The notes below the pieces were generated by a model. The model had not been told where the DNA came from. It saw only the letters and a list, made by a program, of their open reading frames with translations, and searched no databases. The position numbers were made by a program, and so were the translations under genes. A stretch of 23,836 bases of DNA from Fonticula alba ATCC 38817 (lineage: Eukaryota; Protista; Nucleariida): assembly GCA_000388065.2 (NCBI GenBank), contig KB932216.1; one strand, given 5' to 3'. Below are positions 10,105 through 18,356 of the stretch, in pieces (positions within the stretch are counted from its first letter, which is position 1; every line of letters begins with the position of its first letter).

Positions 10105-12642
10105 GGCAGATCGACCGCGATCGAAGCGGGAGGAGGGGGAGGGAGAGGGAATCTAGGGCAGGGGGGTCGACCGGGAACCGCGGGGGCCGGGGACCATGAG
10201 AGCGGGGCCGGGGAAAGCGGGCGAGCCAGCGCACGCTCGCGCACACGCGGACGATGCAGAGAGAGGGAGAGAGAGGGAGAGACGCCGGCGCCGGCGGCCA
10301 GAGGGAGGGGGCGAGGGAGCGTGTGGAGGGGGGAAGGGCAGGGTGTGGTGGGAGGCCAGCCGCGGCGCTCGTCAAGGGCGGGGACGGGGAGGAGGCGGAG
10401 GGGGGAGGGGAGCCATTGTCCGGGCGGTCCCGGTCGGGCACGCGGGCCCGGGTCGGCCGGTGAAATCTCCGGCCGCCTCCCGCGCCCTCGCTCATTCATG
10501 CCAGGGCCGGCATGTGCCGGCTGGAGGGGCTCCCGAGAGACCGGCTCCCGGGGGGGGGGGGGGGGGCGAGCCGACGCTGGTCTCTTCCCCGCCGGCGACC
10601 GCCGGGCGCGATTGATATGTGGGAGGAAATAACAAAAGGGGGGTTTTTGCGGATGTGGGCACTTTCCGGCCGGACAGGGGGTCAACGTCCCCCCCCCCCC
10701 CCCCCCCCAGCTTCCTGGGCGCCGGCCCCAGTGGCATGGCGGCAGGCCGATGTGCGGGGAGGGGGGCGGGGGGAACAGGGACCGGGTGCGGCGGGCGCGT
10801 GCTTCTCGCCCGGGCCCGCGCGTCCGCGGGCGGCTTGCGCGCCGGTCGGCCGGTCTACCGCGGTCCGGGCGCGCTTCCGGGGCCAGGTCACCACGGTCGC
10901 CGGCGGCGATCTCGGCCGTGGGGCTTTATCTCGCCCCCCCCCCCCCCCCCCGGCGCCCCTGAGCGCCAGCCTGCACGCCAGAGGGCGGCTGGCCATTCGT
11001 CCAAATAAAGAAATCCGCGCCCGCCGGCCTCCGGCCCCCACCTCCTGCAGGTGGCACTTCTTTCCGGGGGACCGACGGCTCGGGAAAAGAAGGCCCTCGT
11101 TAACGGGCCCAAGGCCCTGGTTGTGACCACACCGGCCAGGGCGCCGGCCGCGGTCCTTTGTCGCCGCGGTCGGGGGAGGGAGCGTCCCCGGACGCGCACG
11201 CCGCCAGGGGCAGGGCAGACTCCGGGGCCTGCGCCGCAGGGCCTGTACGCACGGCCTCGCACACCCACCCGGCACCTGAAACACGGGCGTCTCTGCGCGC
11301 GTGCTTCGTTTGGCCGCCCGCCGGGCCGGCGCCGCCAGCGGCCGCACCCAGCCCCTTTCGCCGGAAGGGCTGCGGGGTTCGGGGCGTCAGCTCTGACGTG
11401 CCCCTTGAGCCAGCGCCGCCGGCGGCCGCCCGAGCGCATTCGAGCCCATTCCAGCGCAGGCCGGCCGGCCGGCCGGCCAGCCGCTCGCCCCTCCTCGGCG
11501 CGCCGGTCCCCCGCCGCCCGGACCTCCGGCGAGCGGCCCCCCACCCCCCGCCCCCGCGCAGGAGGAGGCACGACGCGCCGGGCCCCCCCCCCGAGAGCGC
11601 GAAGCGGCAACACGCCGAAAAGCCGCAGTCAGTAGCGCCCCCCGGCCGAGAGTCGGTACCCCTCCCGCGGGATCGGCCGCGGACACGCCGGCCCCCAGGC
11701 GCCGGGCCCGAGCGCGTACACCGGGCCCGCTCCCGGGCGAGCGCACGACAGGCCACACTCTCCCGGCCGTGTGTGGGGAAGCCGGGGGCGAGCCCGTCCG
11801 CGCGACCGCCCCCCAGTCCCCCCCCCCCCCCCCGGCAACGGGGGAGTTGTGTTTGCCTGTGTGCGCGCACGTATCGGCGGCGCAGTGGGACGTGGGGCCC
11901 GGAGCTCCGCGCTCCCGGCCCAGCCCCAGCCCCAGGTTCGAGCTACCAACTAGCGCTTTCACGCAGCGAACCCCCGCGCCGGCCCCCCGGAGCGCCGGGG
12001 GCCATCTGCAGGGGGCCGCTCCTTGCCCGGCCGGGCGCACCGGCCTCGCCCTCTCGCGGTGGCCGCCGCCGCGGCCCGGTCCGGCACATCGCCGGCCACC
12101 TGCTGCCCTGTGCTGTGGCATTTTTGCCGGGCCGTCCAATGGGCGTCGCCCACCCGGGCCGGCCAGCGCGCCTGACAGACCGCCCATCACGGGGCGCGCT
12201 CGGCAGGAGCAGACCCGGAACTGGGAATGAAGATACGAGTCCAACAGAAATAGCCGAATAAGGTTAACATTTATGTTTTCGACGTCCAGAACAGCTGCAG
12301 ATCATTAACCAGCCACTCGAATCTGATAGCGTTAGCCTGTAGATCGTTAACCATATGTCTGTTCTGTAAATGCCACACATTAACTGTTCTTGACATGGTC
12401 TATTCTTCTCATCCACCTCCCTGGTGTGGCATAGGCCCGGACCTCGGCTGCGGAGACGCCTGGCGAGGTGGCCCTTTGGCGGTTTGGGCCACCGCCGGGC
12501 TGGCCGGCGGCACGATCGGGCAAGATATACCCACCCCACCAGACCCGAGCCACTCGCTTGTGGAGTCGCTTGGAAGAGACCGAGCGGACAAAAGTGCCCT
12601 CTTCCTTGCGGCGGCCCCACTTCTTGGGCAGGAGGAGGCGTC

Positions 12643-12661
12643 TTTTTTTTTTTTTTTTTTT
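12643..12661. repeat. T19 homopolymer (A19 on the SEC62 strand)
   Basis: Direct count. Confidence 0.95.
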
Positions 12662-12688
12662 GCCTTGTTCATCATGGAGAGGGGGATA

Positions 12689-12694
12689 TTTATT
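12689..12694 (-). promoter_or_regulatory. Probable polyadenylation signal of SEC62
   Basis: AATAAA on the minus strand about 440 nt after the SEC62 stop. Confidence 0.5.
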
Positions 12695-13136
12695 GCTTTT
12701 TTTCTTTCTGTCGTGGCGTTTCCCTGCTAGTTCCGGTCTCCCACCGGGGCCGAGTGTGCTGGCACCTGGATGGAAGGGAGGGGGAAATCGAAGGGAGAAG
12801 AAGGGAGAGGAGGAAGAGAGGAGGAAGAGAGGAGAGGATGGGGAGGGTGGGGAGAGAGGAGAGAGGGGAAAGAGGAAGGGAGGGAGAATGCCGGCAGGCT
12901 GTATGCAGGAGTGGAGGTGGATTGCATCTCGGGCGGGGGCAGAGGGACACGCCGAGGCACGCGCCGAGGCACACGCCCGAGAGAAAAAGGACGACCGTGA
13001 GTCCATCCGCTCGCTGAGGAAGCAAATCCCCAGCACAGGCCCCCCCCCCCCCAGCCGGCGAACCGTAGAGCCAGGCAAAAGGGGGGGATCTGGCCCGCCG
13101 GGAGGGAGCATGCAGCGCACACGCATCGAGGGCCCA

Positions 13137-14372
13137 TCAGTCGTCCTTCTTCTCCTTCTGGGCCTGCTGGGCGGCAAGCTCGTCGGCCTCGCGCTGGACA
13201 TAGTCATCCCAGCCGATGAAGGGCTTGAAGGACTCCAGCAGGGGAATGTCATCGCGGTCGGCATTCGGGAAGAGGGTCAGGGCATGGCGGCCATCGGCCG
13301 GGTAGATGTAGCGAGTGCCGTAGTAGAGAGCCGGCCGGGCCACCAGCAGGGCCACCAGCAGCACGCCGGCCAGGCCGCCGACCGTGTAGAGGGCCGCCAT
13401 GCGCAGCCAGTAGGGCCAGACCGCGAACAGGGGGATGGCCACGATGAGGCAGATGACAATGAACACTACGCTCGCGATGTGAGGGGGGAGGGAGGAGGGA
13501 ATAGGGAGGCCATGACAGGCAGCGGGCCCAACGGCAAGGAGACAGGTCAGAGGGGATGCCGGTGCAACCAGGGAGGAGGAGGAGGAAGAGGAGAGGGAGG
13601 AGCGATGCCATGCAGGGCGCCGGGCCCGGCGGCCATGTGGGCACCAAAGCCACAGACAACAGGAAGGGCCCCTCCTCTCGCCCGCGCCCCGGGAGGAATG
13701 CGGCGAACGGGGCAAGAGAAAAAAAGAAAAAGAAAACCACCGCGCGACCAGCCACAACGCACTGTAGATCACCGACATGAAGGAGGACTCCTGCACCAGG
13801 AAGACATACACCCCATCGTCGCTCATGTGGTCCCCGTCATAGATCTTGAGGGAGATGCGCTCGCGCACGCGGTCCGGCTCGCCGGGGATCTGGCTCTTCT
13901 GCCGGACCAGGTCGATGGTGGCGATGCAGCTGTCGATGAGGTCGGCGTTGCGCATGCGCGCCAGGGTCTGGCGCACGGCCACCGCAAAGAGCCGGATGCC
14001 GGCCGGCTGGGGAGGCGGGTTCTTCGGGTTGGCCCGGGCCGCCGCCTCGTACTGGGCCACGGCCTCCTGCATCTCCTTGCGCAGGGTCTCGGCATTGGCC
14101 ACCGGCAGCAGCGGCGCCCGCGGGCCCATCAGGCTGTTCATCGCCTCGTTGACGGTGAAGATGCGGAAGCGCCGGCCCTCCAGGATGCCATCCCGGTGGG
14201 GAATGGCCTTCTGCAGGTACCGGGCCACGGCCATCAGGCCGGGGTCGACGGGCTCGGCCGCGGCGGCGGCACCGCCAGAGGCAGCGGCCGCGGCCGCCGT
14301 CGGCGGCGCCACCTCGGCCGGGGCATGGGGCGACTTCCCATCGGTGTAGATGGAGGAAATGTCGGTGAACAT
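13137..14372 (-). CDS. SEC62: Translocation protein Sec62 (312 aa); exons 14372-13763, 13465-13137
   Basis: Phase-1 intron GTGCGT(13762)..CTGAC..TAG(13466). The product has two hydrophobic helices separated by IPLFAVWPYWLR, then LFPNADRDDIPLLESFKPFIGW, matching the Sec62 LFPLWP..R and FPNL..D....SF.P..W motifs. The start context is gccATG. Confidence 0.88.
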   Translation of the reverse strand: MFTDISSIYTDGKSPHAPAEVAPPTAAAAAASGGAAAAAEPVDPGLMAVARYLQKAIPHRDGILEGRRFRIFTVNEAMNSLMGPRAPLLPVANAETLRKEMQEAVAQYEAAARANPKNPPPQPAGIRLFAVAVRQTLARMRNADLIDSCIATIDLVRQKSQIPGEPDRVRERISLKIYDGDHMSDDGVYVFLVQESSFMSVIYSALWLVARWFSFSFFLLPRSPHSSRGAGERRGPSCCLWLWCPHGRRARRPAWHRSSLSSSSSSSLVAPASPLTCLLAVGPAACHGLPIPSSLPPHIASVVFIVICLIVAIPLFAVWPYWLRMAALYTVGGLAGVLLVALLVARPALYYGTRYIYPADGRHALTLFPNADRDDIPLLESFKPFIGWDDYVQREADELAAQQAQKEKKDD

Positions 14373-14428
14373 GGCGCTCAGACTCCCGCGTGGAGGCTAG
14401 GTCTACATGTGTTTCGCGGGCCGGGGGG

Positions 14429-14547
14429 NNNNNNNNNNNNNNNNNNNNNNNNNNNNNNNNNNNNNNNNNNNNNNNNNNNNNNNNNNNNNNNNNNNNNNNN
14501 NNNNNNNNNNNNNNNNNNNNNNNNNNNNNNNNNNNNNNNNNNNNNNN
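14429..14547. other. Assembly gap (119 N) upstream of SEC62
   Basis: N run. Confidence 1.
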
Positions 14548-15583
14548 ACAATCGGAAAGGTCGGCAAAGAGCACCCAAGGGGGTGGGGAGAGAAGGGGAG
14601 GAGAGGGGCAGGGGAGGGAGGGGGGGGAGGGGGCGTGGCGCGGGGGCACAGGGGAGAAGGGGGGTGCTGGGAGGCGCGGGCCGGGAGGCGCGCCGGGGCT
14701 GGCCGAAAAATTAAGCCCCCATGCCGGGCCGCACCGCCCCGGCGCTGGGCTGCCCCTGCCCTGGAAGGCGGGCCGGGGGCGGCGGCGGCGGCGGCGGCGC
14801 GGAAAGGGCGTTGTTGTGGCACGGTCCCGCCCGACGGCCGGCCGGTGAATTGGCACTCCCCCCCCCCCCGGCTGGCGCGCGTATGTAAGTTCGCTCCGCC
14901 TTTCCCCCCCGGGCGCCCGCGGCCCAGGCGGGCTTCCAGATTGATCCACTGTCTGTCACCCGCTGTCGATGCCGCCGCCCCTCCCCAAGAACAACATACT
15001 CGGCGCTACGTCGCCCGCCGTCCTCCCAAGGGGGTGGGCGGCCCCCCAGGCAGCGAGATAACGCGCCCCACAGAGCTGGGGGATGCTGGCGGAGGCACCC
15101 GCCCTTCCCCCGGGGGGGGGAGGGCGGGGCGCCGTCGACATGAGTGGGGACGGGGCGGCGTAGTCAGGCCCGGGTTGGCATCACGTGCGAGCGCCCGGGG
15201 CCGCCCTCGCAGCATCTCGGAAATGCCCAGCGTTCCCGGACCCGAGCCCCGCTCCCGGCGCCCTCGCCGCCATCCTGGCCGGCCTCTGAAGGTCGCTGCC
15301 GCCGTCGCTTCTTTCCCGCCCGCGCCTCCCCGGGCCAAATGCCAGTGCGCGAGCGATGAGGGGGGGGTGTTGTATTGTTTTATGCATAGAGAGAGAGAGA
15401 GGGAGATCATGATGCGAGGCCGGGAGATGGCTCCTGGCAAGGTCGCCGCGCGATCTCGAAAAAAAAGTCGCGCGCGGGAGAGGGGAGGTGTCGGTATGTC
15501 GGTGTGTGTGCGCGCAGGCTGATCGCCCCTGGCCGAGCACAGAATGCCGGCGAGGGGTCCTCCAGGGCCCATGGACGCGGGGC

Positions 15584-15839
15584 TTACTTGGCGGCCTGCT
15601 GGCGGAGGGCAGCGCGGCGCTTGACATCCCAGTTGTGGATACGTGCGACGTCTGTGGTTCGAGCGGGGGAGGGCAAAGGGAGTCAAGGAAAACACCGTCG
15701 CGTGCGAGGAGACATGGTTCAAGCGATGGGAGGGGGAAGGGCAGGGCGGTCGTGTGCGTGTGCGTGTGCGTGTGCGCGCGCAAGGGGGCCGGAGCCACCG
15801 GATGAATGTAGTTCGCGCGGACTCCGTGCGCCCTTTTGC

Positions 15840-15882
<43 letters not shown>

Positions 15883-16673
15883 CGATTGCGCGGGAGCGGG
15901 GGAGGGGGAAAGAGAAGGGAACAGCACGGATAGGACCGACCAGGGGGGAAATCCCCTCCCCCACGGCGGCCGAGAAAAGCACAACAAGGATACTGACCTG
16001 CAGAATGTTGATCTGCTCGCGGATGTGAGCAATGTCATCATCAATGCCATCCATCATGGTGAGGGTCTGGTCGCGGTTGCGGCGCAGCACGCCGAGGGCC
16101 TCCTTCGGCGGGTAGGCCACCATGACATTGGACCCGATCCACAGGTGCACCGTGTCGAAGGCGGCGCCGGTCTTGATGCGACCCTCGGCATACAGGGTCT
16201 CGGCCAGCTCGAAGCGCATGTCGAAGTGCCCGGTCTCCGCGCCCGGGGGGGTCACCTGGGAGCTGGCCTCCGGCATGTCGGCGTCGGCCAGGCCCTCGGC
16301 GACGAGGTCCACATCGGGGTCGGCCGCGCGCGCCAGCAGCACCAGCGCCGACAGGGCCTTGTTCAGCTCGGGCAGACGCCCGGCCAGGCCGCTCTTGCGC
16401 TGCAGCAGCGCCTTCTCCATGAAGCGGAACTTGGTGTACTGGCCCTCGAGAGCGCGCACGGTCGGCTCGGTCTGCTTGCCGGACATGTAGGCCTCGATGT
16501 CGGGCTGCGGGAGGGGCGGTCAACCCGACGACAGCCAGAAGAGGGGGGTTGCAGTCAATACCCGAGCAGGAGTCAGCAGGAGGGGAGGCAGGGGGAGGGG
16601 GCAAAAGCCAGCCACAGCGACGGACAATGAAATGGGCGGTGGGCCGCTGGCCGGACATGAAAGACTTGGACAT
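15584..16673 (-). CDS. PFDN3: Prefoldin subunit 3 (208 aa); exons 16673-16626, 16504-15994, 15651-15584
   Basis: ccaccATG start. Spliced product reads PTAHFI-PDIEAYM, QYTKFRFME, RFELAETLYAEG, VHLWIGSNVMVAY, REQINILQVNVARIHNWDVKRR, the VBP1/Gim2 family signature. Donors are GTCCGT (16625) and GTATCC (15993); acceptors are CAG (16505, 15652). Confidence 0.93.
15751..15880. repeat. (CGTGTG)4 and about (CA)20 microsatellites in PFDN3 intron 2
   Basis: 15751-15774 and 15840-15880. Confidence 0.9.
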
Positions 16674-17557
16674 GGTGGAAGCGGAGTAGAGGTGGAGGAG
16701 GGGGAGGGTAGAGGAGAGGAAAGGGAGAAGGGCTCGTTAGATGATGCCACAGGGGGCCCCGTGCGGGTGAGGGCCGGCCGCGCTTGAACGCCCGTCGTCG
16801 CCGCGGGACGGCGGCCGGCGGCCGGCGGGGAGGGGCAGGGGGGTGGGCGGCGGCCGGAGCCAGACGGAGGCTGGAGAACCCAGCCCGGGCGGCCAGGCGG
16901 GCCGCGGCCGGGGGAATGCGCGCGCCCTGGACGCGCCCTCGGCGCACTGGCCACTGCGCGGGGCAATGCCCGGTGAGTTGGCAGTGAGGGGCGTGATCTG
17001 GGTCATTCGGAGACGGTCACATGTCCAGGCCGGTTGTTTGAACGCCGCCCCTTGTCCCCCCCCCGCCCTGATGACGTCCGTGTTCTTCCGGGAGCGAGAC
17101 AGAGAGAGAGAGGGAGAGAGCCCGGCAGCCGGGGCGGAGGATGGGTGTGGGACGGTGTGGCGGTACACCCTGAGACATTTCCGGCCACTTAGTCAGCGGG
17201 GGGGCCTTCCTCTAGACAGCCCCGATGGCCAGGCCCACACTAGTACCTAGTGGGGCTGGGCGCGCGCGCGCATCCTGGGGCCCATTGCGCAGCCGCGTTC
17301 TTTCCCCTCCCGCCGGGACAGCCGGCCAGCGGGGCCGGGTAATCGGGCGATCTGCCCGGTTTGCCAGGCCAATGAGAGCGCCGGCCCGGGAAGCCCGGAA
17401 GGACAGCACATCTAAGAGGCACCTGGTGGTTGTGGCCTGGGGCCTGCCCGAAGCCCCCCCCCAGCAGACTCCCCTTCCCCTGTGTAGCATTCCCTTCTCC
17501 CTTTTCCTTCCCCCCCCCTCCCCCCGTTTCTTCCCTCCCTCGGCTGTGTTGCTCCTG
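16674..17557. promoter_or_regulatory. Divergent (probably bidirectional) promoter interval between PFDN3 and TPP2
   Basis: Head-to-head ATGs about 885 bp apart; contains TGACGT (about 17071) and CCAAT (about 17369) motifs. Function is inferred from position only. Confidence 0.5.
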
Positions 17558-18325
17558 ATGGCTTCCTGGGCGCCCCCGGTCATGCACACCCCCTCGACCT
17601 CTTGCGAGGCCGCCTCTGCGGCGGCCATCCCCACCACCCCCTTCCCCGCTGCCAGCCTCCTGCCGAAGCAGGTCCGTTTCGCTCTCCCTCCTGCGCCGCG
17701 CATCCAGCCCGATGCCTCCCCCCCCCCTGTGTGTGGGATTTTGCTGACCCTGGCTTTTGTGTGTCTCCCCTCCCCGGTCGACTCCTCGCTCTTTGCGGGC
17801 GCACAACCTCCTGCTCCCCCTGTCTCTTCCGCCCCCCCCCCACACCTCAGGAGACCGAGGCGCTGGCTTTCATGACGAAGTTCCCCGAGAGCGACGGCCG
17901 CGGGGTCGTCGTGGCGGTCTTCGACACCGGTGTCGACCCGGCGGCCGACGGCTTCCAGGTCACCACCGACGGCAAGCCCAAGGTGCTGGACGTCGTCGAT
18001 TGCACCGGTGCCGGGGATGTGGACACCACGCATGTTGCCAAGCTGGTGCGTGTCTTGCTCCTGCTCCCCGCAGCCCTGCTTGCCTCCCCCTTTCCGATCC
18101 CTTACCATGCCGCATGGACATGACCCTCCCTCTTCCTCCCCCCCCCCCCCCCCGGGCAGGGCCCCGACGGGGGGAGGGGCGGAGGGAGGGTGGCCGTGTG
18201 CCGTGCCATCCTCCCCGTCCCGATGTACGGATCTGCCCTGCATGTGGCTGCTTCTTCGCCGCCCCCCCCCTCCTCTTTGTCAATCCGCCAGCCGGTCTGA
18301 CCCCTTTTCCTGTAGCTAGAGACAG

Positions 18326-18356
<31 letters not shown>

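Noticed and set aside
7068-10495. 700-1100 aa ORFs spanning the N run
   Set aside because: Artefacts of translating N as X through the gap and through stop-free introns.
12227-12326. C/D-box snoRNA (ATGAAGA ... CTGA)
   Set aside because: Imperfect C box, no terminal stem, and no convincing rRNA complement next to the D box; a snoscan or Infernal hit would be needed.
12295-12353. Repeat-spacer-repeat as a mini-CRISPR
   Set aside because: Only two 17-bp imperfect copies, eukaryotic context, no cas genes; kept only as an unexplained direct repeat.
10500-12640. RNase P/MRP, SRP RNA or spliceosomal snRNA in the long intergenic region
   Set aside because: I could not find their conserved motifs on either strand by eye.
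12643-12694. Retroposed element or processed gene (AATAAA followed by A19)
   Set aside because: No target-site duplication or RT remnant found, and SEC62 retains its intron.
14881-14927. GTATGTAAGT donor-like site suggesting a + strand mini-intron
   Set aside because: No supporting ORF or branch point, and GTAAGT is not used by any validated intron here.
15751-15774. (CGTGTG)4 as an array antisense to the GTGCGT donor in PFDN3 pre-mRNA
   Set aside because: Fully explained as a derivative of the nearby CA/GT microsatellite; PFDN3 donors are not GTGCGT.
16948-17006. Alternative PFDN3 first exon MTQITPLTANSPGIAPRSG with GTGCGC donor
   Set aside because: Phase 2 does not fit the phase-0 acceptor at 16505; the exon at 16673 has a perfect start context and family homology.
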